A stretch of 64,000 nucleotides of DNA from Octopus sinensis (GCF_006345805.1 NC_043006.1:32116001-32180000); one strand, 5' to 3'; counted from the first letter of the stretch, positions 1-13,647 are shown. Notes: generated from the letters alone by a model not told the origin. Program-made: numbers and translations.

Positions 1-57
1 GCCAAGAATGGTTTCCAGCAAAAAAAAAATGACCGTTGAAGGTCATCAGAAATTAAG

Positions 58-192
58 AATAATGTATGTATGTATGTATGTATGTATGTATGTATGTATG
101 TATGTATGTATGTATGTACGTACCTACGTACCTACCTACCTCCCACCCTCCGTCCCACCCTCCGTCCCTCCGTCCCTCCGTCCCTCCGTCCC

Positions 193-223
<31 letters not shown>

Positions 224-361
224 CTATGTATATATACATGCATTTTTGTGTGCTTGAGTATACTTACATTCTTGCATACATAATATGCATACACACACAC
301 ACATATATATATGTATCTGTATACATATATATATGTATATATATGTATAGATATATGCATA

Positions 362-431
<70 letters not shown>

Positions 432-525
432 CGCATGTACGTATGTATGTATGAATGTATGTATGTATGTATGTATTTATGTATGTATGTATGTATATAT
501 ATATACGCATGTATGTATTAATGTA
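58..525. repeat. Compound microsatellite (TATG)n-(TACC)-(TCCG)n-(TA)n-(TATG)n
   Basis: Direct reading; explains the overlapping low-complexity ORFs in the track. Confidence 0.95.
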
Positions 526-898
526 TACATGTATATTTCATTTCGATATGTGCGAATTCCTGTTGATTTATTTATGTTAAACACTGTTGGTTCGTTTCAC
601 AATCAATATATTAATATCGAAGTAACTTAAACGTAAGAAATCCATCACGCTTTCCGTTAAAGGAGGAAGAGGAGGAGGAGGGGAAGGGACGAACAGGAAG
701 TGCTTTTTGGTATATGAAAGCGCCCAGAAAAAGGGAGAGGTATGTAAATGAAGGGAGGTAATAAGAGAAAGGAAGGAAAGAAACGTTATACAGGAGTGTA
801 ATCAATCAAACACACACACACACAGACACACAGACACGCACACACACACACAAGTGCGTGTGTACTTGTGTGTTTGTTTATAAATGCGTGTTTGACAT

Positions 899-1100
899 TG
901 GTTTGAAATGTTGGTGGCGCAAGGTCAGCAATCTCGAGAGAGGGGGATAAATCAATTACATCGACTGGTACTTATTTTATCGACTCCGAAAGGTTGAAAA
1001 GCTAAGACGACCTCAGGGGAATTTGAACTCAGAACATAATGACGGACGAAATGCCACTAAGCATATCATCCGGCGTGCTAACGATTCCGCCATCTCATTA
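899..1100 (-). mobile_element. tRNA-headed SINE, family A
   Basis: Diverged match to the family A copies at 16640, 37605 and 56334 (aatttgaactcagaac...gacggacgaaat...cggcgtgctaacgatt). Confidence 0.8.
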
Positions 1101-1269
1101 CCCTAAATGTGAATACAATATTCCTGGGCTGTCAGATAATTCCGTTCGTTTCTTTCCGCTGTTATTTGAAATTTCACAAGAAATATTTTTATCATAGTGT
1201 TTTATGGGGATTTTATAGATCTGTTCTTCTGCTACTTTTGCTTATCGATCTGAATAAACTTGCATTTCA

Positions 1270-1745
1270 GGCATCACCTGGATCACCTGGATTAGCCAGG
1301 CTATCTGGAACCGAGTCAGCTCCGCTGGTCACAGCATTCACTCCATTCCTCTCGTATTTGCGCCATTCTCCTCCACGTTGTTCCAAACATTTTTCTTAAA
1401 TAGTTTCCCCACCTCGTTGGAGGTCTTCCGAGTGGTTTCTTCCGCTCGTGCGATTACCACTCGGCAACTGCACGGGTCCACCGACGGTCTGTGACCCTAG
1501 CTACCTGACCGGTCCATCGGAGCTCTGTGCAGTGGTATTCCGCGACGACGTCCTTCATTCTAGTTCTATTCCTGATCTCCTTGTTCCGGGTGTGATCCCT
1601 AAGTGAGATACCCAACATCGACCTTTCCATGGCTCTCTGCGCCGTAAGCAGATGTTCTCTCTTCGTCAAGGCCCAAGTCTCACATGCATGTAGCATTGCT
1701 GGCAAGACTGTGCTGTTTAGGAAGTGATTGTTTAGGATCACCTTC
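1270..1745 (-). mobile_element. RTE-clade LINE, 3' end of ORF
   Basis: Minus-strand peptide AMLHACETWALTK..QRAMERSMLGISLRDHTRNKEIR..LRWTGQVAR..RRWT..W, then KPLGRPPTRW; short tandem tail (atccaggtg)2. Confidence 0.85.
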
Positions 1746-1829
1746 AGCACAACCTCCGCCGGTTATACGACGATGAAATGTCAAGTAGATAAAAAGATAG
1801 ATAAATAAATGAATGAGCATTTTCAACAT

Positions 1830-2110
1830 CTGCTTCTCTTCGCTTTCAGTCGGGGCTCCAGAGCTGCCAAAGCCGTTTGAGACATTTGTTACAGTGTACG
1901 AAGAAGGCACCATTGCTGAAAGAAAACAGTTTTCATACTTCAAGGTGGGAAAATTCGACCTCACAGATTCTCCACGCTTCGGGTAACATGTTCGGTTCAA
2001 TGACGATCGATTGGACGAGTTCATTCACTAAAATCCCTGCCAATCCACTAAAGGATTGATCAAGGAGATGAGATACTTTCATGGTACCGTGACCCAGAAT
2101 AGGAATTTGG
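1830..2110 (+). mobile_element. mariner transposase N-terminal (HTH) relic
   Basis: Manual translation TVYEEGTIAERKQFSYFKVGKFDLTDSPRFG*HVRFNDDRLDEFIH*NPCQSTKGLIKEM resembles mariner (F.G.FDL.D.PRSGRP); in-frame stops. Confidence 0.7.
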
Positions 2111-2652
2111 TGGACGAAAAACTGTACAGAAAATCACTATCCCACATCACAAACACGCATTTAAATATCGGTTTATTGTTAGAGCGTAGTAAATATATTC
2201 ATTCATTCATACATACACACACGCACACACACGCACACACATGCACACGGATGCACACACACGCACACGCACGCACACATATATCAAGTATTAAAGTGAT
2301 CCAAATTCTTTGAGTTCTGTTAAGCAATTGGGAAGAGATTGGTTGTGTGTGTTGACCAAATGAAGTACACAATATGGCGTACATACAACCATGTATACAT
2401 ATTATACTTTTACAAGTAGAGTGGTGACAATGGACTTCGAAGTCACTGTCACCACTCCTTCAGTTAAATGTAAAATTTTACTTATAACTCGACATAAAAG
2501 AGATTTATATATACGTGTATGTGTGTGTCTATACATATATATGAATATATCTGTATATACGTATATACATGTATATGTGTGTATATATGTATATATATGT
2601 ATATATATGTATATATATGTATATATATGTATATATATTATATATATATATA

Positions 2653-2708
<56 letters not shown>

Positions 2709-2923
2709 AATCTATCTATATATATGTACATGTATACACACACATATATCTTTTAATGTACACAGTATAAAGATTAGAGCTACAAATACTTTCTTGCTGT
2801 GAAGACACGTGCCTTTGCAGCAGGAAACTATTTGCAGCTCTTACCTTTATACTGTGTGCATTAAGTTATATTTATTTACCATTGGATGGAGTACTTTTCT
2901 GTTGATCTTACCTAAAAGGAACG

Positions 2924-3005
<82 letters not shown>

Positions 3006-3897
3006 GCGCACACACACATGCACAGTCACACATGCTTACACATATGCAACACATCTTTACTCCGTATGCTTATTGTTAAATACAATGCGTATAGAGAATT
3101 GAAGATTAGGAGAGGAACAGGCCGTATTGATATATTTAATTCGAAATGATACGACGTGGAAGGCGAGTGAAAGCGAGGCGTAGAATCGTCTGCATCAGTG
3201 ATAGCGGTGATGGACTGTTGTGTTTCAGTGGATATTTGTGCAAGTGGCGACACATTGTATGCTGTATTAATCAACATGAATAAAAAGATAAAAAAAAAGG
3301 AGAAAAAGAAAAAGAAAAAGAAGGAAAAGTGAATAATACAGAAAAACAAATAATATACCAAGAAACGTGTTCTTTTTTCCCCCCGAGAAATATTCCGAAG
3401 TGGTCAAAGTTAGTAACAAATTTAATCAATAGAAAAGTTTCCGATGTCAGAAGATTAAAAAACGAATTGAGGAAACAAACAAACAAACAGACAAAGAAAC
3501 AAATAAACAAACCACCAAAAATGCTAGAAGGAACCAGTTTTAATGTGATTAACAAATGTTTTTAATCGACGTCGTTTTATACGCTACTTATTAATGTCGA
3601 ATTCCATCAGTTTTTCACGCTAACATCTTTTAGGAAATACGATTCTAAATAATTTCATGTTTACTCCTGGTAGATCTTTTTTTTTAAAGATATATCTCCA
3701 TCAAATACTCGACGAGGTGTGTTTTGTTACCGATTGCAAAATGTCATTAAGTTTTGAAGTTTCAAACTTTTCTACATCAATCAATGCTTTTTTCCCCCTT
3801 CTTCTTCTTTCTTTTCTCCATTCAGTGTTTTATGTGAATTACCGCGTCTTCCATATCTGAAACTATTTTCTATTTCGTTTATCGGTGTATCTGTTAT

Positions 3898-4250
3898 TGG
3901 TTTCAGTCATTAGACTTCGGTCATGCTGGGGCACAACCTTGAAGAATTTTTAGTCGAATGAATGGGTTCTACCACTTATTTTAGTTTAAAGCCTGGCACT
4001 TGTTCTATCGGTTTCTTTTGCTGAACCGCTAAGTTATGGGATCGTAAACACAGCAACACCGGTTGCCAAGCAGTGGTACGGGACAAACACACACACGTAT
4101 ACGACGGGCTTCTTTCAGTTTCTGTCTACCAAATCTACTTATAAGGCTTTGGTCGGCTCGAGGCTATAGTAGAAGACACTTGCCCAAGGTGCCACACAGC
4201 GAGACTGAACCTGGAACCATGTGGTTGGGAAGCAAGCTTCTTATCACGTA
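3898..4250 (-). mobile_element. tRNA-headed SINE, family B
   Basis: Matches the copy at 10388-10792 across its length. Confidence 0.9.
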
Positions 4251-6063
4251 GGCACGCTTCCGCAGAAATTTATTCGATTCTTCGTCGGGTTCAATGATGA
4301 GTAGATGTTTGATCAACTGAATTACCTCATTGCGCGTTGAAATAATGGTTGAGCATTCCATAGACATGTGTATCCTTAACGTAGTCATATGAAGAAACAA
4401 TCAGCGGGACACGGTATATAACATAGCTTTTGAATTACAGAGATTCCATACAGTTTTCATCTATCCAGTTTCATTCAGAAGGCTTGAATCGATCTGAAGT
4501 TTCTGCGAAAGACACTTATCTTATAACCACGCTGTGGGATCGAACCAAGGGTCCTGAAATTGCGAAGCAAAATTCCTAACCATTCGACCATGTTTCGTCA
4601 GTCTTTATAGTTACTCTTGCAAGAGTACATTCACAGGTGCGCATGCGCACACACATACACATGTGTGTGTGTGACTGTGTGTGCGCGTGTGCGTGTGACT
4701 GTGTGTGTTTGTGTGTGTGTTAGTGTGTGTGTGTGTATGTGTGTGTGTGTGTGTGTGTGTGACTGTGTGCATGTGTATGTGTGATTCTTTGATGACTGTA
4801 TTTTGAAAGAGGAGCAGAGACGAAGGGCGCGGCTGCGCAGATGACTGAAGAATCATGGCGTCTATCTTACACCGAATCTGTGCCCATACGAGTCGGGCAG
4901 CCACGAAAGTGGTGATATCTCATTATCACAGACGCCTGAGATACCTCGGCCATCCCCGAATTACAAAATACTTGATTCCCACCGCAGGAAAGGGTTGTGC
5001 ACGATGAGACTTCATATCCACAATAGGGAGCGCATTTTCTTGTGCATCTACCATCGATTAACACTGATTCATTCATCACTGATCCGGTATAACACGGCAC
5101 AATCAATTGTGAACTGTGTTATGCTTATCACGAATTGATCTATGATAAGGTTCTGCTTGAACTGCAAAATCGCTCCCCAGTAACCATTTACAATGCTCAA
5201 AACAACTGGAGCTCTCGGAACGAAACCTTCCCACCCATGTGTTCTATTTTCCATTTATATTCATTATATCTCGTTACATTTCATTATATGAAATCCGTAT
5301 AAGCTGATTCTTTTAATGTGGTGTTCTGTTTGGAACCAAACAGCCGTGATAAACAAGGATTGATGCATTGTAATTTCCGGTGTGAAGGCTGCAAATCCAA
5401 TGGGAAGTTGACCCAGGATAGCCTGCATCTCCTCCCTGCTGTAGAACACTGATGGACATTTAGTCTGTCGCAAATTTCTTTACAACTAATTGGTATAGCG
5501 TCGCCCCCTCCCCTCCCCCTCTCCCCGCAGAATGATCGTAAATTACTCACAAATAATGGATCTCTTTTTCTTTATCTACAGATATAAAAAGTCTGCATTT
5601 CTCTACGGAAATAATAGAATACTGCTTAAATCGTTTTATCTTGCTTTCTTTTCTTGTTGTTGTCTAACCAGGGACAAAGGGAGGTAAACACTGATTCGTC
5701 CAGTGCTAAACAATTACGCAAAAAAGATATAAAAGTACATATATACACGCATGGATGTGGATTTATGCTTGTGTAAGGACGCATGCAGGTCAGAAAGGGT
5801 TTATTTATATGTATTCATATATAGTTCGTAGATGAGAATCGGATATTCTCCGTATAGAATACACCAAGTTGTGCTCAAGAGGTTTACAAATGAACGGGTC
5901 GAGGGGTAAATGTAAGGACAAGCAAATTAGGCAGGTCGATACACAAAGAATATTTAATACATTAAATACAAAAAAAATGTATATATGCTTAGATATCAAA
6001 AGGTCCGACTTAAACCGAACAGAAAATAATATCAAGGATTAAAAGGGTGAAGAAAAGTGTTAC

Positions 6064-6165
6064 AAATCCAACAGCTGTTTCTGGGGGCTCGGTGGTCCAG
6101 AATAATGATTGTAAACTGATTCCATCATCGGAAGGGATGAGACGAGCTTCTATCTTCAGGGAAGA
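6064..6165 (-). ncRNA. Degenerate type I hammerhead motif, probably a PLE pLTR remnant
   Basis: Minus strand: CTGAAGA - stem II (GCTCG/CGAGC) - GAAAC AGCT GTT - short stem I (cc/gg). Confidence 0.5.
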
Positions 6166-6295
6166 AATCTTACGTTTGAGGTGCTAACAGTAAGAAAATT
6201 AAAGATGGAATGGATTCTTGTATGTGTGTGTGATACTGAAGGATGTGTACGTATCTACGTGTAAATATATATGCGTCAATGTGTATATGTACCCA

Positions 6296-6332
<37 letters not shown>

Positions 6333-6423
6333 AATATATATATATATATTTATATATATATATGTGTGTACACACACATGCACGCACACATATATGTAGC
6401 AGGTTGAAAATGAACAATGGAGT

Positions 6424-7270
6424 TGATATGTATAAGGAAAATCAGACAAAGTAGAAAATGCTGAAATAATTTTATCATGAAGAACATTTTAGTACTGGTT
6501 TCAGTCTTTGCGACTTTTTCAACTTTGAGTAAAGCATGAAAAACAATTAAATTGTGAAAAAATTAAATGAAATGTTTTTTAAAAATAGTTCCATAGTTTT
6601 TAAAATACAAGAGACGTTTACTTTTCCCGTCTCTGTCTGTCTGTCTCTCTTTTTTACTCTTGTGAAGGCTTGGTAGCAGGTAGTAGGTAGTAGCAGTCCT
6701 AAAAGAATATTTGATATGAATTCTTGGTTTTGATTGTTTAAGCAGCAGTAGTAGCCGAGGAAGGAGACGGTGAAGAAGAACTTGTTGTTGTTGTTGTTGT
6801 TGTTGTTCTTCTTCTTCTTCTTTTCTTCTTCTTCTTCTTCTTTTTCTTCTTGTTCTTGTTCTTGTTCTTGTTCTTCTTGTTCTTCTTCTCCCCCTCCTCC
6901 TCCTCCTTCTTCTTCTTTGCCACCTCCTTCCTCGGCTACTACTGCTGCATAAACAATCAAAACCAAGAACTCATATCAAATATTCTTTTAGAACTTCTAC
7001 TACCTCCTACCTGCTACCAAGCCTTCACAGGAGTAAAAAACAGAGAGACAGACAGATAGACAGAGAAAAAGAAAATGTTCCTTGCATTTGGAAACTATGG
7101 AAATATTTAAAAAAAAACATTTAATTTAATTTTTCCACAATTTAATTGTTTTTCATGCTTTACTCCAAATTGAAAAAGTCGCAAAGACTGAAACCGGTAC
7201 TAAAATGTTTTTCATGATAAAATTATTTCAGCATTTTGTACCTTGTCTCATTTTCCTTATATACTTATCG
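6424..7270. repeat. Fold-back: two ~345-bp inverted arms around a (GTT)n(CTT)n(CCT)n spacer
   Basis: 6424-6765 is the reverse complement of 6923-7270; the ORF track gives near-identical peptides (FLGYYCC.NNQNQE.ISNILL) on opposite strands. Confidence 0.9.
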
Positions 7271-7829
7271 GCTATCAAATGATATCATACAGCAGGAATT
7301 CCTCTTTTACTGGATATACATGTGGAAAACTGTTAATATCCGAAGAATTCCAAAAAATTTTAATACAAGAAGATAGAATGAACAAACTTTAATCCAAATC
7401 ACTACAATTGTTTCTCTGCATTAGCATCGTCTGTTAGTTGCTGAATGTTACATATATTATACACATTATTGTATTAATATGATCCAACAACAGCTGTGTA
7501 CCTGCACGTCTTCAGGGGAATGGGTTCAAGCACACTGTACGGTGGCTAAAATTAGGGTCACTAAATTAAGCACAAACCTTCAAATACATTGAAATGGATA
7601 AAGCAAAGTAGATTACGGCCAAATTTGAATTTAGGACATAAATTAATGTAACAAAATACTGCAAGCATCCAACAAGAATATCTCGCCGTGGCCGTTCCAG
7701 CTGCTGGAATAAATAGCTAAATCCTGTTCCATTGACTTTGAAAAGAAAAGGATACAATGGATGATGCCGTCTGGTGTAACTGAGAGAAATACAATAGCCT
7801 GAGATACAGAGAGAAAGAGAGCAAGAGAG

Positions 7830-7866
<37 letters not shown>

Positions 7867-8242
7867 GAGAGAGAGAAAGGGATATAGAGAAAGGGAGAGA
7901 GAGAAAGGGAGAGAGAGAGGTTTATAAAAATAATAATGATTAGACGTATTTAAAAAAAGTCAGAGTAAAACAGGATGGTAAGAGAACATTTCCAATCATA
8001 GGTTTGCTTGATCAGGTTGGTCCGTTGTTCAGCAAATTCAACAATAAAATTTATCTTTGTACGATTTAAACAGAAACCCCTTTTACTGAGACCAGATGTT
8101 CCCAACCGGGGCCACATGACTCTTGGGGGTCCATATTGTCTCTGGGGGGCAGGGGAGGGGGTCCATGTAAGATTTTGCTGTTAAAATTTATCTGCAATAA
8201 GTTGTTTATGCTTCTATATTAATCATAAAATATTAAAAATTT

Positions 8243-8380
8243 CAGTTTCCGTCTCCCAAATCCACTCACAAGGCTTTGGTCGGCCGGAGGCTATAGCAGA
8301 AGACACTTGCCCGAGACTGAACCCGGAACCATGTAGTTGGGAAGCAAGCTTCTTACCACACAGCCACTCCTGCGCCTATG
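8243..8380 (-). mobile_element. SINE family B, 5' part
   Basis: ccaaatccactcacaaggctttggtcggc...cagccactcctgcgcctat. Confidence 0.85.
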
Positions 8381-9479
8381 GACTCATAATTTTCACAGAA
8401 TTATTTCTTTTGACTTTCATATTTCTTTGTGAAGAGATCGTATCAATAGCTTTATATTGCTGGAAATTATACTCTAAGAGGGATGAAGGAGAAAATACAA
8501 TCTTGGCTGTGTTTAAGCTCTGCAAGGCCAGGCGCCGAACTAGGCAGTTTAACTTACATAGAAATCATTGTCTTACAGCAGAATATCTTTCTGTTTATAT
8601 CGACCACGAATATCCTGAAGGCGTTAAATAATTCTTGCAATAAATAAAGATAATCACAGATGCAACATTTCCATAAACACGATCATTCATTCGGTCATCC
8701 GGAAACGGACGACTATATTACTGTTCCATTACATAATATTTACCATTTCTCTCTCTTTCTCTTTGCTTTCCTCTCTCTCATACATTCCTTCATTTTATCT
8801 GTGCTTCGAAAGCTTTCTGTTTCTTTGAATCTATATATCTGTTATCTCTTACTATTTTTATGAGCTTCTCTCTCTTCCCCCTCCCCCTCTCTCTCTTCTC
8901 TCTCTTCTCTTTCCATCTCACATTTTCTATTCACTTTTTTCCTCCTTTCTTCATTATACTGTTTTATTGCTTTCTATAACTCAGAAGTGTTTTTGAAATG
9001 TGCAGAAATAACGTTGTGACTTCTCTATAGCAAGTTTTGTTTTGTTTTTGCTCATTAATATACACCCAGATATTGGTGATAAACTATGATATGGTTCTAA
9101 TTGCGTACATCACAAAAAATGACAACAACAAAGAACACACAAAAACCAAAACCAAAACACTTCTGTGAAAGCAGACTTTGAGCTTAGGAAATTAGAAACC
9201 TACACACTGATTATTTAGTTGTGTTTCTTTATATCGTTAGCGTAAACACTACCAGTGTTTACCTCGTCTTTCGTCATTTCGTATTCTATGAAACAACGAT
9301 TCTAAGACATCTGTATAAACTTGTGACATTCACATCAAAGTAAGAAAGCAATGGCAGCGTCTTGTATCCAAGTAAACTCCAATGAGCAAGAGTTAAGTTC
9401 TTGGCCAATCGAAACTGGAATTCGGTTCCGATTTTCAAGTTATTAAAAGCCACATCATTTACCTGATGTTTAACGAGTT

Positions 9480-10250
9480 TGATTCCTGTTGCTTTACCAG
9501 CCACCGTCTTTCAATCATCCGAATTGTTACCTGGTAAATCTATAACAACAAGCTAACCTCTGCATCTCACCTGACATATTGAGAATGAATCTCAAGAAAA
9601 GGCTTATATCAGGAACCGTCTTTATTGAGCTGCTACGCTGGACACTGCGAACCGCTGCCATCTTGCGAAAAGGATTTTGTTGTTGACAAAAGGCCAGGCA
9701 CTTACAGACCTCATTGGAGTCATCTTGAACGAATGACCATTTTTATTTTGAATGACAAAGACAACGGATTCTCTTGAGTAACAGGTAGAGCTGTTGGCTT
9801 TGCACGAAGAATTATTTTCCTGAGTTACTACGCGGGAGACAGGAAGGCTATCCTGGAGTAATCTAGGAACATAACCTCTTCATTAAAGAATATTGAAACA
9901 AATGAACAAAGTCGGCTCCCAAATAAATTTTACAGAAACTAAGCAATTCCTGATAAGGAGCCATAGCACATACTACCATCTACTGTTCTGGCTTTGCTCT
10001 ATTCTCTAAGAATGATGCATGCCCTCTTTGGAAAAGATCAACCCATACCCAAGAACCTTGATCAGGCGTTGAACAACATCTGTTGCCTGATCACTGGATA
10101 CTTGAAAGTTAACAATGCAAACAACCTGCGCCTCTTTGGCGTTTGTAGATTACTGACGGAAATTTACCAGTCGAGAAGAGAAAAGAAAGGCCGTAAATAA
10201 TGACTGCCTCACCTCTTCTCTACTATTCGTCCTTTGTCGCTCAGAAGACC
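9480..10250 (+). mobile_element. Decayed LINE reverse transcriptase, Ingi/Vingi-like
   Basis: Frameshifted fragments PGKS..HIE..VFIEL..LDT (VFxDLxxAYDTV-like), YPGVI, VLALLYS..ACPLWKRSTH..LDQALN..ITGYLK. Clade assignment is by motif memory. Confidence 0.6.
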
Positions 10251-10387
10251 ATGCAGACTTTAATGCAGATATAAAGAGTTGTGTGGAAAAATCAGAAGCT
10301 GCCAAATGACTCTCATTTTTGTTTGGAAAAAAAAAAAACGGTAAGACTTGGACTTCATTTATATATTCTTTTATTGTTTTCTTTTAT

Positions 10388-10576
10388 TTGTTTCAGTCAT
10401 TTGACTGCAGCCATGCTGGAGCACCGCCTTTAGTCGAGCAAATCGACCCCAGGACTTATTCTTTGTAAGCCTGGTACTTATTCTATCGGTCACTTTTGCC
10501 GAACCGCTAAGCTACGGGGACGTAAACACACCAGCATCGGTTGTCAAGCGATGTTGGGGGGACAAACGTAGACACA

Positions 10577-10623
<47 letters not shown>

Positions 10624-10792
10624 GAGACGGGCTTCTTTCAGTTTTCGTCTACCAAATCCACTCAAAGGCTTTGGTCGACCCGAGGCTTATAGTACAAGAC
10701 ACTTGCCCAAGATGCCACGGAGTGGGACTGAACCCGGAACCATGTGGTTGGTAAGCATGCTACTTACCACATAGCCACTCCTGCGCCTATAT
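10388..10792 (-). mobile_element. SINE family B, near full length, with internal (CA)n
   Basis: Minus-strand head ataggcgcaggagtggctatgtggtaag (A box), ggttcagtccc (B box), then cttgggca..tgtctt. Confidence 0.92.
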
Positions 10793-11049
10793 AGTCACCA
10801 CTTCTTGTGTTTGATTCCAAAAGGACCAAAGTAAGTTTCTAAATGACGTATGAACAAATGGCTTACGTTGCCAAGAAGCATCGAAGGGAATGTTAACATC
10901 CATTGAATTAATCGCAGTACATGACGAGCCCACGAGCGAGACTCTGTGGAGCTGCTTGATCTGCAAGAAATAGAAGCTAAATCTGTCTCCATATGTCCTC
11001 TGCTGTCTTACAAAATGATATATTATTTGTTTTTACCTATTACCATATC

Positions 11050-11450
11050 ATGTTTCAGTTACAGGACTGCGGCCATGCTGGGGCATTGCCTTGAAGGGTT
11101 GAATCAAACAAATCGACCTCAGTACTTAAGTCTTTACAGTCGAGTACTTAACCTATTGATATCTTTTGTCTGACTGCTATGTTACGGGGACTTAAACAAA
11201 TCAACACCCGTTGACAAGCGGTGGTGGGGGACAAACATAACTACAGAGACACACAATACCCTCCGCCACACACACACACATGCGATAGTGTTCCAACCAG
11301 ATTCCGTCTACCTAATCCACTTATAAGTGGTCGACATTGGTCGGCCCGCGGCTATAGTAGAAGCCCCTTGCCCAAGGTGCCACACAGTGGGACTGCAACC
11401 GAAATTATGCGTTTGTAACGCGAGATTTTTAGCCACTCAACCCTACCAGC
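11050..11450 (-). mobile_element. SINE family B, diverged
   Basis: Colinear with 10388-10792. Confidence 0.8.
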
Positions 11451-11452
11451 GA

Positions 11453-11495
<43 letters not shown>

Positions 11496-11534
11496 GTAAT
11501 AATAATAATAATAATGATGATAATAATAATAATA

Positions 11535-11601
<67 letters not shown>

Positions 11602-11603
<2 letters not shown>

Positions 11604-11798
11604 CTAAAAATCTCGAGAAGTACATGGAACAAATAGGGACTGTAATAAAGGTGGTGCACTTGCAGAAAACAGCACTGCTTGGACCGTTCGAATACTCCGG
11701 AAGGTGCTCGAAAAATAAGAGGTGTTACCTTAGTTCACTGATAGTGAACAGCTGACACCGTAGTACATCTCCAGCGTTAGAAGCTGTGCAAAGACAGT
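11602..11798 (+). mobile_element. R4/Dong-like non-LTR retrotransposon, extreme 3' end, inside (AAT)n
   Basis: TKNLEKYMEQIG..LQKTALLG[fs]VRILRKVLEK* is the typical RLE C-terminus; ~85-nt 3' UTR; (AAT)n at 11454-11601 and from 11799. Confidence 0.75.
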
Positions 11799-11799
11799 A

Positions 11800-11834
<35 letters not shown>

Positions 11835-12587
11835 TAATAATAATGATAATGATAGAAGGGGGAAGACAATTATCACTGTTTGAATGCCTTTAATTATAAA
11901 CCTAATTAATGAAGATAAACAGAGGCTAAGCGTTAAAAAACTCCTCAACTTCAGGACATGATGATTAACATTCATTTTAACGACTACAAAAGCGTTTATA
12001 AGAAAGTCAGGTATGGCACGATTCGAACTTAGAACCACAAAGAACAAACATGTAAAAGCCATTCCGGCGATGTACTTTAGTGGATGTCACAATGTACCGT
12101 GGCACCGCTGTTTACATGATCGTTACATCGTCTAAGTATCTCATTTGTGTTTATCTTTCTTGTATATTTGATCTTTATGTTTGCCTCTTTGAGTTAAATC
12201 CTTTTAATCAAATATTTATTGTAGTTATGCGAGTGGATGTTTGTACTTATTCACGTATATGTTAGTGTAACTGTTTAATATATAATATATATATAATATA
12301 TAATATATAATATATATATATATATATATATAATATATAATATATGATATATATATTATATATATATATTATATATATAATATATATATTATATATATAT
12401 ATATATATATTCTGTTTATGTGTGTTGTGAGTATTTGTGTCGGTGTATCAAGATTCACTAAAAACCTCATATTTTTCTGGTAATCGTTGTTTGTTACCTC
12501 CTCTAACATTCACCACTCCATGTACATTGTGTGTGACCGTGTATGTATATCTACCCACGCGTAAGAAACAACATGGATGCATGTAGA

Positions 12588-12589
<2 letters not shown>

Positions 12590-12618
<29 letters not shown>

Positions 12619-13060
12619 TGTATGTATGTATGTATGTATGTATGTATGTATGTATGTATGTATGTATGTGTGTGTGTATGTATGTATGTATTTATGTATG
12701 TATGTATTTATGTATGTATGTATGTATGCATGCATGTATGTATGTATGTATGCATGTATGTTTGTATGTATGTATGTATGTATGTATGTATGATGTATGT
12801 ATGTATGTATGCATGTATGTATGTATGATGTATGTATGTATGTATGCATGTATGTATGTATGTACGTATGTTTGTTTGTGTGTATGTATGTATGTATGTT
12901 TGTTTGTATGTATGTATGTATGTATGTATGCATATATGTATGCATGTATGTATGTATGTATGCATATTTGTATGTATGTATGTATGTATGTATGTATGTA
13001 TGTATGTATGTATGTATGTATGCATGTAGAATATGTATGTATGTATGTACGTATGTGTTT
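12590..13060. repeat. (TATG)n microsatellite, ~470 bp, imperfect
   Basis: Direct reading. Confidence 0.95.
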
Positions 13061-13189
13061 GTATTTGTGTGTGTATGCAGCTACACTAACTTAAAATTTC
13101 GTGTATTCCGTCCCTGATTTATTGCTTTCACTCATTCCTTCGTTCAGCCCTTTTCTCCACTCTCTCTCTCGCCTTACTTATACGCACGT

Positions 13190-13194
<5 letters not shown>

Positions 13195-13273
<79 letters not shown>

Positions 13274-13303
13274 ACACACATATATATATATACACATACA
13301 TGG

Positions 13304-13342
<39 letters not shown>

Positions 13343-13456
13343 TATATATTATATATATATAATATCAATCTATCTATCTATATATATGAATATATTTATA
13401 TATATGCATATCTCTATATATACATAATAAATATATATATACATAATATATATATA

Positions 13457-13544
<88 letters not shown>

Positions 13545-13610
13545 CATCTATATACGTTAATGCAAACATGTATTTTTGTATGTATGCACGTAGGCATGTA
13601 TGCTTGCACG

Positions 13611-13647
<37 letters not shown>

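Noticed and set aside
8-630. ORFs such as [28 protein letters not shown] (here and throughout)
   Set aside because: They are translations of stop-free microsatellites, not genes.
4870-5550. Possible mariner HTH relics on the minus strand
   Set aside because: Only faint similarity (EICDRLNVHQCST; WVGRFRSE); no TIRs or catalytic motifs.
7485-7525. Hammerhead-like motif on the minus strand
   Set aside because: CTGAAGA and AGCT-GTT are present, but GAAA is missing and stem II is not formed.
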